This document shows, in pieces, positions 1 to 11,830 of a stretch of 64,000 nt of DNA. Within the stretch, counting starts at the first letter, position 1. The number at the start of each line of letters is the position of its first letter. The position numbers and the translations under genes are program-made. Source of the DNA: Cycas panzhihuaensis (taxonomy: Eukaryota; Plantae; Cycadophyta); contig CM041465.1 of assembly GCA_023213395.1 (NCBI GenBank), forward strand, positions 41,795,741 through 41,859,740, written 5' to 3'. Under the pieces are notes generated by a model, which saw nothing but the letters and a program-made list of their open reading frames with translations, ran no database searches and was not told the DNA's origin.

Positions 1-957
1 TAGGATTAATATCAAAGTTTTATTGAATACCTCAATCTACCTATTTGCCTAAGGGTAATAAGGTAACGAGGTGATCCCAAAATAGAGCTTAATTGGTGAA
101 GAAGTCAATTATCAACCTTTTCTCCTTGAGATCCTGGGAGTTAGTGTAGAAATCCCAATAGCATCAAAATAAAAATGAGCCCACAAAAAGAAATTCTATA
201 CCAAATCATTTATTCTTGACATTGCTCCAAACGTATGAGGAGTAGTACTTTTATTTCACTACGAAAATCTCCATTTAATGGTGGAGAAATCAACTAGCAA
301 AAGAATGGTTAAATTACAAGGAATAAATGATATAATTATACCATAAGGGGGACTCCAACCCTCCAAAATGCTTCTCTAAGGATGCTTCCCAAGTCAAGTG
401 CCTTTCACCTCCAAGAATCACCTCTCCAACTTGTAATAGAGCTCAATTTATAGAAAGAAACTGAAATTGCATATTTAACAAGTGGCAATCATGCAAGTAT
501 AACCACTAATCACCAGAATGCATGTTGTCCAAGTGGCCTTCATGCAATTCTTAAAAGTTGTGGCTTGTAACTAACCTTAACAGACTCTAATTTAGCTCAA
601 ATTTGGTACACATATAGGAACAATGTCCCTTTCTCTTCCTTAAATGTCCCTTTCTCTTCCTTAAAATTTTAGCTCATTTGGATGTCATTTGACCACATTT
701 TTATTCATTTAATGATAATATATATCTGCTATTTTTCTGTTAGCTGTGGGATTAATTTTATGCAAAACAAGACTTGAAACTCTAATCAAATGATATTTTC
801 TAAGCCCCACCTTTTGTACACATGTAGTGGGATGTGTCTTCTTCCTTTACACAAAATTTCATATAATTTTGATACTATTTGGCCATATCTCTTTCAATTA
901 TGCCAATGCCTAGCATTTTCTACAACCTATAAACATATAGTAGATCCTCCTAGATCA
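1..957 (-). mobile_element. Probable 3' LTR of chromoviral Gypsy-1 (far end not defined, may run out of the window)
   Basis: On the minus strand the pol stop (1004) is followed by a purine tract GGAAGGGGAG and then TGAT at 957. The rest is non-coding. There is no partner LTR in the window to confirm it. Confidence 0.5.
622..663. repeat. Perfect 21-bp tandem duplication
   Basis: AATGTCCCTTTCTCTTCCTTA x2. Confidence 0.9.
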
Positions 958-958
958 T

Positions 959-972
959 GGCTCCCCTTCCTT
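959..972 (-). promoter_or_regulatory. Polypurine tract of Gypsy-1
   Basis: Minus strand reads AAGGAAGGGGAGCC just before TG. Confidence 0.6.
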
Positions 973-1003
973 GGAAAATAGCCAACTCTTGTTGGGCTTA
1001 AAA

Positions 1004-3518
1004 TTAGAGATGGGAGAAGTGTTGTTCTCCTTCTTGCCTACTAAACCACTTGGCCTTACTAGGCAATTGTCTTGCTACTCCAATCCTGAAAGATTCATGT
1101 GTCTTATGTCTTGTTTTGGTAGATTTTCTCTCCAAGATACAATCTTCCTTGAGAGGCTCCTCACTTTCCAAATACAAGTCATCAACTGAAGGTAAAGTGA
1201 ACTGGTCCTATTCCTCATCTAGTATGGAGGGCTCAAAGAGTTTTAAGTATTCAACATTTACTACTGAATATATTTGCATATAAGGTAGAAGATCAAGTTG
1301 GAAAGCATTACCACCTACTTTTCTCAAAATCTTGAATGGTCCATACCTTATAGGTTTGAGTTTCTTGCCTTCTCCTTTTAACCTCTCCTTACTCAAGTAT
1401 AACCATACTAAATCTCCTTCTTAAAAAGTACACTCTTTCCTATACTTGTTATATCTTTCCTTGTACTTTTGTTAAGTCCTTAGAAGTTGATCATGTACTT
1501 ATTTATAGACTCTCTGTATCTTCTCTAAGTATCTTAAAGCCTTGTCATGCTCCTCCTTCTCTTTGACGGATCCTTCCTTAGCTTGCATGGAAAACTCTAA
1601 GTCAAATGGACTTTGAGGTAAGTATCCCAAACAAACTTTAAAAGGTGCTTTACAGTGTGATGCATGCATTACTCTATTAAATGTAGATTGTAGAAAAGCC
1701 AATGATTCATCCTAAGTCTTTGGATGCTTGGAATTGTATCCCCTCAATAAATGTACCAAAGTTTTGTTCACTACTTTAGTTTGTCCATCTGTTTGAGGAT
1801 GGAAACTTGTACTCCTCTTCAATTTGGTATCCATCATCTCCCATAGTGACTTACAAAATGATGAAAGAAATCGAGTGTCCCAATCTGAAATGATGGAAGA
1901 AGGCAAGCCAAAATTCTTCCATACATGCTCAAAGAATAACTCAACTACTCATGTTCCTGTGATTGTCTTCTTACAAGGTATTAGACATATCATTTTATTG
2001 AACCTATCTACAACAACAAAGAGATAATCATGTCCCTTCCTAGTCATGGGAAGTCCCCCTAAGAAATCAATGGAGATACTTTCCCAAGGTCTAGTGGGAA
2101 TAGGAAGTGGTGTATACAATCCTAATTTTCTAGAAGAAGGCTTAGAAGTATTACACATTAAACATCCTTTTACATATTTTTTTACATCATTTTATATTTT
2201 TGGCCATACAACATATCTTCTCAAGTTTGCTAAAGTCTTCTCTATACCAAAGTGACTAGCTACTTTAGAAGTATGGGCTTCTCTATGCCACTTGATCTTG
2301 TCTCCTTTTGATGGAACATAGAGGCCCCTTTGAAAAGTAGACCATCCTTCCAAGCAAGCTGGGAAGGTCTTCCTTTTGCTAGGTTCTCTAATTCTTCCTT
2401 CAAAGCTTCATCTTCATGGTATAAGTCTTTGTACTCTTCATGATACATTGGCTCCACCTGCAAACTCATAAGAGAACTACAAACAAAAGTAGAAGAAGAA
2501 GTGGAACAAGGTGGTCTAGATAACATATCAGTAATTTTGTTAGTAGATCCCTTTTTGTACTTAATTACAATATTGAATTGTTGTAAATAACTCATCCACT
2601 TCATGTGTCTTACTTACTGTAATTTACTTTAGGTTTGTAAAAATTGAAGAGGCTTATGATCGGTATGAACTACAACCTCTTTTCCAAATAAGTAGGACCT
2701 CCAATGCTTGCATGCTTGATAAAGTACAAATATTTCTCGATCATATGTTAGGTAGTTTTTTACTTAAGGGGTGAAGACTTCTAAATGGTAAGCAATAGGC
2801 TTCCCATCTTGAATAAGGACAGCTCCCATCATATTTCCACTTGTATCAACTTCTACTTCGAAAGGCCTTTGTAAATTTGGCATTGCCAAAATTGGTGCTT
2901 CACAAATTTTCTTCTTCAAAAGAAGAAAAGCTTCTTCCTCCTTGGAACCCCAAGTAAACTTTTTACTAGATTTTATCAATCCATGTAGAGGTGCTGCAAC
3001 CTGTGAGAAATGAAGAATAAACTTTCTCAAGTATTGACAAGCTCCTAAAACACTTCTCACCTCTGTGATGTTTGTTGGCCTAGGCCATTTGAGGATGGCT
3101 TGAGTCTTGAGTGGATCGATGCTGAACTTTCCTCCTCCAACCACAAAGCCTAAGAAGATCAAGTTCTCCTTGCTAAATTCACACTTCTTCACATTACGCT
3201 TCAAATGATGCTTAGCCATAGTCTTTAAAACTTCTTCTATGTGCTGTAAATGTTCCTCCCATGTGTTGCTGAAAATCAAAATGTTATCAAGATAGACAAC
3301 AATAAAATTATCCAAGTAAGGCCTTAACATTTCATTCATTAGCCTCATGAATGTTGCAGGAGTATTACATAATCCGAAAGACATAACGATCCATTTAAAG
3401 AGTCCTTGCTTTATTTTGAAGGCCGTCTTCCATGTGTCCTCCTCCTTGACCCTAACTTGGTGATAACCGCTTTTCAAATCCAACTTAGTAAAATAACAAG
3501 CATACTAAATTTGATCAA
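1004..3518 (-). pseudogene. pol: Degenerate Ty3/Gypsy (chromovirus-type) pol: RT-RNaseH-integrase-divergent chromodomain, 5'-truncated
   Basis: ORFs give DLKSGYHQVRV..KTAF..MSFGLCNTPATF, VYLDNILIFS (YLDD), RNaseH EVDTSG..GAVL, integrase RPWESISIDFLGGLP..VVVDRF, STSFHPQTDGQT and RYGPF. The RT-RH-INT order is Gypsy. Many stops and frameshifts. Confidence 0.95.
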
Positions 3519-3521
3519 ATT

Positions 3522-3930
3522 TCTTCTTAGTCTATGAGTTAGAAGCCATCCTTGTTCTCAAAATAGAGATACCATCTCTAAGGGTATCTTAAGGGTTTTG
3601 TTGATAATGAATGGCATCACCAAGCATGCCTTCTTCACTTAGAAGCTTTGGATGAAATGTGTTACATAACTTATCAGATGAATCTTGCATCAAATACCAA
3701 AGCTCAAAAGGCCCAAGATCAGAATCTATAGCCTAGGCAATTCACCTTAGGAGACAAAGTTATAAAGCTTAAATACCTTCAGGAGCATCTCCAGAAGTTT
3801 AGGCCTAATTAGGCTAGACCTTGTGTTATGCATCAAAGCCTAGTTAATAGTGTATATCACATTACCATGCTAGAAGGTCTTGAGTTTGAGAAGGTTGTTA
3901 ATAGATAATTTCTTGAAAATTTTTAGAGTT
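3522..3930 (+). pseudogene. Tat/Ogre-type Gypsy integrase C-terminal remnant
   Basis: Manual translation: LVYELEAILVLKIEIPSLRV ... PRQFTLGDKV ... KFRPN*ARP ... YHITMLEG..EKVVN. This matches the Tat/Ogre INT tail (LVYGxEAVLPxEIEIPSLR, KFxPNWxGPY). Confidence 0.8.
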
Positions 3931-4136
3931 AATCTTACCCCCATAGGGGGCATTATTGCTTTAGTAAGAGTCTAAATTACTAAGGAGCTCTAAGATAAGA
4001 CTAAACTATTTTGTTCTTATCATGTTTCACACTTACTATGGTATGTTATTTCTCTATGTTTGTCATGGCATCTATTACTCTATAAAGAGTGGCCTTATCT
4101 CCCCCTTGAGTAGCCTTTATAGGGCCATCATGCTCT

Positions 4137-4590
4137 CCATGAGTATAAACTGGACCTCATTTCATCATGAGTGTAAATTATAAACTATATATTATTCCCA
4201 AAAAAAGGAAAGAAAAAATAAGATCTTTCTTTTCCTTATCATTTATACAAACCTTTCTATTTTTCTATCTTCCTCTAAAATGAGCCTAAACTATAATCTA
4301 GGAGTGTCTTAATTTTACACCCACTAGGTAACCCTTAAGTCTTATCTCCATTAGGACACCTTAGGCTCTGGTGAGAGCTAAAATTATCAGCCTACCCTGA
4401 AAAGGTATAAACCATATAACCTATTTACATTTCATGCCTATTAAGGTATGCCACTAACTTGTTCCCTCTATAACACCTAATTCTCTATTGTTAGTCACCA
4501 CCCCCCTAATCCTTAATAACCCCTATAGAGGCTTGAGACTCCTCCATGAATATAAACTAGTATATACACTCTACCATGAGTATAAATTAT
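4137..4590. repeat. Four copies of a CATGAGTATAAA motif arranged as two dimers
   Basis: Copies at ~4137, 4165, 4544 and 4574, with 28-30 bp spacing within each dimer. Confidence 0.75.
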
Positions 4591-5125
4591 CACTCATTGT
4601 TCATGCTTCTTGAGTACCATAAGTAGTTTCTTAAGTTGTTAATTATTTTTGTGAGTGTTGTGTGTATGCTATGGCTCCATCCATAAGACAAATTTAACCA
4701 AGAACTTATAAATATAATAACTCAAACAAAAATATGATGTGATCAACATGAACATGAAGTCACATACATAGACATAAATCAAACTATGGGAGCTTAAGTC
4801 AATCCCCATGTATATATAATTAAAAAAATCTATATGTATAGTAGTGTTTCAAGGGAGTTAGTGTCCTTGCAAGGGTGTATAATTGCCCAATAGGCCATAT
4901 ATAACACTTGCCTTAACCCCTATAAGACTAGCTAACCTCTCCTAAATTCTATGGTACAACTTACGTACAAGTATAACCATGGTCTAGCTCCCCCTCTCAT
5001 GGCAACTCTCTCTAGGGAGTCTTCAAGCTCCCTATTGGTGGCACATTTCTCGAACACTAAGAGGGCCCTACTTGGCTACCCTTATCTTGTGCTCTTTATT
5101 GTTGGGTAACTAAGTGGGCCCATGA

Positions 5126-5795
5126 TGTTGAGAAAACTAAGTCCTAATAACTAGAAACTGCCACCAAGATCTAAACTATTTTGTAACTAATTATAAGAAT
5201 TGAAACCAAAATTTAATATACAAGTTTTTAATCTAGAGATAATATAATAAATAAATTAGAAAGCTAAAGCATCACACATACACTAGATATAATGTTGTAA
5301 AACCCTAATAGTATTCTAGGGAAACATCCACATAAAAAAGGTACTGATCTTTATTATCCAATAATGGAGAAATATACATAATCTATAGCAGAATGCTTAC
5401 AGTAACAACAACCAGTCATCTCTTCTCAATACAATACATCCAATACCTCAAATACCATCAACATAATGAAAAAACACCTTATATTGGGCCATATGAGTGA
5501 GTCATATAAGGCACAAATTTTGAATATCAAATCTAGGGTACTTTTAATGACTGACCCCAATTCTCTTTACAATTTAGTATGTTTTATAGCGCTAGCTTTT
5601 TTGGTTGGGGGCTATTGCCCCTGAACCCCCATTTTGGGGGGGTGGGGGGGAGGGGGATTCTATCTTCACTTCATACCCCTTGCCAAGGAGGCTCCCACCC
5701 CCCTTGGTTTCCCTTAAGAAAGTTTAAGAGGAAAACCGTACTGCCAACCTATCAAAAATTTTACCTCCAAAACATTGTTGTTCTATTATCTAATA
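5126..5795 (-). repeat. Copia-A 3' LTR (670 bp)
   Basis: TGTTGAGAAAACT...TATCTAATA, collinear with 9814-10475. Confidence 0.93.
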
Positions 5796-5809
5796 ATCTC
5801 CAGCTTGAC

Positions 5810-8800
5810 AATAATTTATATGATACCTTTCCTAGACCATCCATCACCTTTTCTACAAATTAAGAGAAATCAAGTATCATTTGAGCTCCTTTAATAGTAC
5901 TAGTTTTGTGAACATGTCAGTATAATTTTATTTTATGTTAACCTTCTCAAGTACCACTCCACCTGTTTCTACAACCCGTCTAACAAAATGGTACTTAAGA
6001 GCAATATGTTTTTTCCTACTATGATAAGTTAGATTCTTTGCTAAGTAAATGGTACTTTGACTATTACAAAATGTTTTTACCTTTTCCTATTTCCTTATAG
6101 GCTCAACTAATACACCCTATAACTAGATTACTTCCTTACAAGTATGTACCATGGCAACATATTCCACTTCTATAGTCGATAATGTAATTATTCTCTATAA
6201 TTTTGACATCTAACTAACAAGACCATTTACAAGAATAAACACATAACCTAAAGTAGACCTTCTCTTACCTAAATATTTTGTAATATATGAATCAACATAT
6301 CTAAAACATGATTACATATACCACCAAAGGTGATGTAATAGTCACTTGTACCCCTTAAATATTGAAACACCCATTTCATTGCTGCTTAATGTTCCTTTCC
6401 TAGATTTTCCATAAACCTATTAACTACATCGACTACATTTAAAATGTCAGGTCTTGTACATACCATAGAATACATCAAACTTCCTACTACACTTATATAA
6501 GATACATGAGATATATAATCATTGTCTTCTTTACTACTAGGACCCCTATTCAAAGAAAGCTTAAAATAGGAAGCCAATGGGATACTAATTGGTTTCACAT
6601 TTGCCATACTAAATCTAGTTATTACCTTCTCCATATATTTGTATTGTGATAACCATAGTGTGCCATTTTTCCTATATCTATGTATTTCCATGCTTAAGAT
6701 TTATTTTACAGCTTTTAAATCCTTCATATCAAAAGTAATAACTAATTGAGTTTTTAACTTGTTGATTTCTGTTATATACTTGCTTGTAACCAATATGCCA
6801 TCAACATATAATACCAAGATAATGAATGAGCCATTGTCTAAGAATTTAAAGTAAGCATAATTATTATACCCACTTCTTTTAAAATTTTAACTCTCTATAA
6901 AGGCATCAAACTTCCTGTACCATTGCTTAGGTGATTGCTTCAGGCTATATAATGATTTTTTGAGCCTGCAAATAAGGCTTTTCTTACCATCCTGTAAAAA
7001 TCATTCTAGTTGATCCATATAGATCTCCTTATCTAAATCTCTATGTACAAAATCTATTTTTACATCTAACTACTCCAATTCCAAATCAAGAAAAGCTACT
7101 AATATTTATAGAACCTAAATTGAAACAAGTTTAATAACTGGTAAAAAGATCTCATGAAAATCAATATCTACTTTCTGTGCAAAGCCTTTAGCCACTAGTC
7201 TTGGTTTGTATTTGTTAATTATTCCATCAGCATCTATTTTCTTCTTGAAAACCCAACTGCAACCAATAGTCTTCCTACCATATGGAAGTTCTACCAAGTC
7301 CTATCTCTTTCTACATAGCCCTCTTCTACTTCTTACTATAGATATCATTTATTACTTCCACATAGCATATAGGCTCACCATCATTAGAACCCAAAGCAAT
7401 AGAAATAGAAGGGTTGTACCTATTAAGTGGATGACAGACTTATGTAGATCTTTTAATAGTTGGTGGAGAAGCATCCACATACTCCTATAAATCTATTATA
7501 AATTCATCTTCAAGAAGCTCTTTTTACTTGTCTATTTCTAAAGATGGCTAGGTCTCTAACTTAACCTATTAATGTTCCACTTTTTGCTCTTGTTTCTCTT
7601 TAACATCTATACTATCCAATTTTAGAAAAGGAGATTCATCAAATATAAAATATCTATTAATAATGATTTTATGGGCAATAGGATCCCACAACCTGTATCC
7701 CTTGATACTATCTTTATCACCATAACCAACAAAGATACATCTCTTAGATTTTGGGTCTAACTTTAAGCGTTGACTTTTATTAGTCAAGGCATAAGCATCA
7801 CAACCAAAAACTTTTAAATTTGAATAGTCTCATGAATGTACAGTCCATAACTCCTTAGGAATCATACAGTTTATTGCAAGTGATGGTGACCTATTTACCA
7901 AATAACAAGTTATCTGAATAACTTCTACCCATAAGCCTTGCTCCACTTCAACATTACTCAGCATGCTTATTTCTCTTTCTAAGAGTATCATATTCATGTG
8001 CTTAGTTATGCCATTCTATTGTGGAGTATAGCTAGTGGTCTTATACCTTTTGATCCTAACTTCTCTATAATAATTTTCAAACTCCAAAGAGATGAACTTA
8101 CCTCCATTGTTAGTTTTTAAATATTTAATTGACCCGTTTGGACTCTTCTCAACTAGAGCCTTGAACTACTTAAACACACTAAAAACTTTAGATTTCTTTT
8201 CAAAAAATAGACCTATATCTTTTTGGAGTAATCATCTATAAATGTGAAAAAGTACAGTAATCCTCCATAAGATATTGTAGGGGTTAGTCCCCATACATTT
8301 AAATATACATAATCTAGAACACCTTTACTAGTATGACTCCCTACTTTAAATCTGAGTTTACATTACTTTCCAAAAACACAATATTTATAAAAAGTTAAAT
8401 ATAAAAGCTATAAGTTAGGAAGTAACTTCTAATTCATTAGTACTTAGAGTCCTCTCTCACTCATGTGCCCAAGTCTTTAATGCCATAACTAAGGTAGATC
8501 TTCTATAGTCTTTGATGTTGTAGTTGCATGGCTAATATCTATAATTTCAAAAAAAATGTAAAGGTTTCATTTCTTTAAAGATTTCATAATAACTAAGGCA
8601 TCCTTTGACACCTTCATGATTCCTTCATGACCTGTGTACTTATAACCACTAAAATCTAATTCATCTAAGAAAACTATATTTCTTTTTAAATCAGGTACAT
8701 ATCTAACTTTAGTTAATGTTCTCACTATACCATTGAACATTTTAATTATGATGCTACCAATGCCCATTGTCTTATAGGAAACTTCATTTCCCATAATCAT

Positions 8801-9741
8801 ATCACCACTATCAAGAGGTTGGTATAATAAAAACCAACTCTTGTGTGAACACATGTGGTGTGAAGCACCTAAACCCAACAACCAATCATGATAATAATGA
8901 GAAATATTATAAGAAACCAAGACATCATCATCTATACCTTGATTCAACTCCACCTGATTAGCCTCATTGGCAAGATCTTCCTTTTCTAGAACTCCTTTAT
9001 TTTGTAGAAATCCTTCTTGAGGTGACCTATCTTATTGCAATGCTAATATCTAAGCTTACTCTTCTTACCTTTTGAATTTGACCTCAATATATCCCTAGAG
9101 ATTTGTCCCCTCTTAATCATTCTACTCCTTGTCATCATAGCTTCTAGTGTAGAGGTTTTAATATTGGACTTCCTCCTCATCTCTTACGTCAGTAAAGCAT
9201 TCATAACAAAATCATAATCTAATTCATCTGTAGTACTAAAACTAATTGAGGTGACAATATTATCCTAAGGTTCTAGTAATGAACATAACAAGGTAGCATC
9301 CTTATTCTCATCCTCAATCTTAACATTTATATTAGCTAACTAACAAATAAAAGTATTGAAAATATCTAAATGATCAAGAATTTTTATACCTTCCTTCATC
9401 TATAATTACTACAATTACCTCTTCAAGTATATTTAATTTGTCACTGATTTAGTCATATACAAGTCTTCCAACCAAGCCTATAATCCTATTATTGTCTTCT
9501 CCTCTATGATGTTAAATAGAAATTCATCTACTAAATATAATCATATTATTCTAAGAGCCCTTTTGTCTAGATTATCTTATTCGTCATCATCTATCCCTAT
9601 GAGTTTCTTTGATTTACCTTCTAGAATTCTATACAATCCTTATTAAACCAGAACATCATATGCTTTCAGCTTCCACAACTTAAAATTATTATAGCCATTG
9701 AATTTCTCCATCTCAAACTTTACATTCGTTAGTTTTTCCAT
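5810..9741 (-). pseudogene. gag-pol: Copia-A gag-pol pseudogene
   Basis: Start MEKLTNVKFEMEKFNG; protease WLLGLGASHHMC; INT KLDPKSKRCIFVGYG; RT KTIGCSWVFKKK..YKPRLVAKGFAQ and VGSLMYSMVCTRPDI; many stops. Confidence 0.93.
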
Positions 9742-9800
9742 TTAGTGTAAAAAAGGTTGATACCAAAACCTTAACAAACTCACTTCAAAAATAAAAGTTT

Positions 9801-9811
9801 CTTTGATACCA
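9801..9811 (-). promoter_or_regulatory. PBS (tRNA-iMet) of Copia-A
   Basis: Minus strand TGGTATCAAAG 2 nt from the LTR end. Confidence 0.88.
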
Positions 9812-9813
9812 CT

Positions 9814-10475
9814 TGTTGAGAAAACTAGGTCCCAATAACCAAAAAATGCCACTAAGAACTTAACTATTTTGCAACTAGTTATAGAAATTGAAACTAAAAT
9901 TTAACATGCAAGTTCTTAAACTAGAGATAATATAATAAATAAATCAAAAATACAAAGCATCACATATACACTAGATATAATATGGTAAAACCTTAACAGT
10001 ATGCTAGGGAAACATCCATATAAGAAAAGTATCAATCTTTATTATCCAAGAATGGAGAAATATACATAATCTACAACAAAATATTGACAACAATAATAAC
10101 TAGCCATCTCTTCTCAATATAGTATATTCAATACATTGAATACCATCAACATAATCAAAAAACATACTAAATCAAGCTATATAAAAGAGTCATATAAGGC
10201 ACAAATCTTGACCATCAAATTTAGGGTATTTTTAACAAACTACCATGATTCTCTTTATAATTTAGTATGTTTTATACTGTTAGCTTTTTGGGTCAAGGGC
10301 TACTACCCCTAAGCCCCCATTTACAAGGGGAGGGAGATTCTGATGCCCCCCATACCCCCCAGCTAAGAGGGGCTCTCACCCCCCTTATATCCCTTTACAA
10401 AAGTTTAGAGGAAAACTATACTACCAACTTATCAAAATTTTTGCCTCCAAAACATTGTTGTCATATTATCTAACA
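9814..10475 (-). repeat. Copia-A 5' LTR (662 bp)
   Basis: TGTTGAGAAAACT...TATCTAACA. Confidence 0.93.
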
Positions 10476-11329
10476 CGTGAGTAGCTTCTTAATGATCTCT
10501 TGGGTAGGTAATCAACTAAATAGGTATATATGTGCTATACCTCAACTCTAAATCTCTTGGTGTGATCTCTTTCCCTCATCATGTCTATAAGTTATGCCTA
10601 TAATACTATAATCTTTATCTGTAGCCTAAGAGTTACTTGCAAAAGGGGCACAACTATTAGGATCCTTGCCCCTATTTGGCCACCCTTTAGCTCTCTAATG
10701 GGGGCTCATAACTCACTACTCTCTTTAGTCCACATAGTTAATACCCTCACCAAGGGAGCAAACATGGCTATGTGAGGATGAGTGAAGTCCAACTCATCAA
10801 TATCTATCACGAGAGGCTACCCCTCTATATATACCAATAGGATTCGATTTTTAAATATCTACCAAGTGAAGTTAGGTGTGAATCCTCTATGTATAACCAA
10901 GTCAAGTCTATAATCAGTGATCATTATCATAAATTATAGATTGATCAAAATAAATGAAATTTAAATCATAGAATAAAAGTAAAAAAGTTCAAGATAAGTA
11001 ATATATCATTACCATGACCCTCGTCCCCATCCTTAGCTACTACTAGATCCTAATTGCCCTTAGATCCTCCATTGTCAATAAGCTTATCCTTCCCATCTCT
11101 ACCCTTAACATTAACTACTAGATCTAGCTCATCCATATTAAACTCCCATCAAATCCTTGCATAAAGGTCAATTATATAATCATCCATACCAAGCTTATTC
11201 AATGATATGTTATATACTATTTAACTTATCTATTCAAATGCCTTAAAGCTCCTAAATTAGGTGGGCCACCTATGTGCTAATGGGTCCCCATGAGCCACTA
11301 ATTAAGGGCTTGTCCTGAGTCCTACTCTT

Positions 11330-11830
11330 TTAAATCTATCGAAGAACCAACATCACAATAAGGTGTAGTAAGAAAACCCACCATGGTTGACTTCCATAAT
11401 CTAACTTAATTGTATTTTAATGTTGGCCATTATCAATATGGCCTAATCTAATCACTCACCATCCTTATACCTCTATACCATATTTATCCAACTATTGGGG
11501 ATCTCATAGTAGTTTTGTCAGTATGAAATCTAGAATAAGATAGCATAAATAATGAGTTTCTAAATATGTGGGATCTTAGAACTCATCTTCTTCCCCATGC
11601 TCCCAATGTACCTATCCCAATATCCATGGCCATAAAAGAAAGTTTTTGTTACTTGGTGGACATTATCTATGCTAGGTAATACCCTTAGTTTGGGTGATGG
11701 TTCCATGCACAGTACTTGTAGCATTTGCATCACATCTCTCAAGGTGATCATAATGTCCCCTACTAATGGAAAATGAAATATTTGGCATTGCAAACCCTAA
11801 TGGGATATAATGTCAATCAAGAGGACCTAA
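11330..11830 (-). pseudogene. Plant mobile domain (PMD, aminotransferase-like/MAIN-like) ORF remnant, antisense to the Tat/Ogre pol
   Basis: Manual translation LLIDIISH*GLQCQIFHFPLVGDIMITLRDVMQML (cf. PMD LxxLVERWxxETHTFHLPxGEMTITLEDV) and, further on, LD*AILIMANIKIQL..GGFSYYTLL*CWFFDRF (cf. WGxAxLAxLYxQL..GGxxTLLQxWxWERF). Confidence 0.72.

Larger units (their letters stand above)
5126..10475 (-). mobile_element. Copia-A: full-length degenerate Ty1/Copia element (Tork/Tnt1-like)
   Basis: LTRs 5126-5795 and 9814-10475, PBS-Met 9801-9811, PPT ~5796-5806, TSD CATGA (5121-5125)/CGTGA (10476-10480), gag-PR-INT-RT-RH order. Confidence 0.95.
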
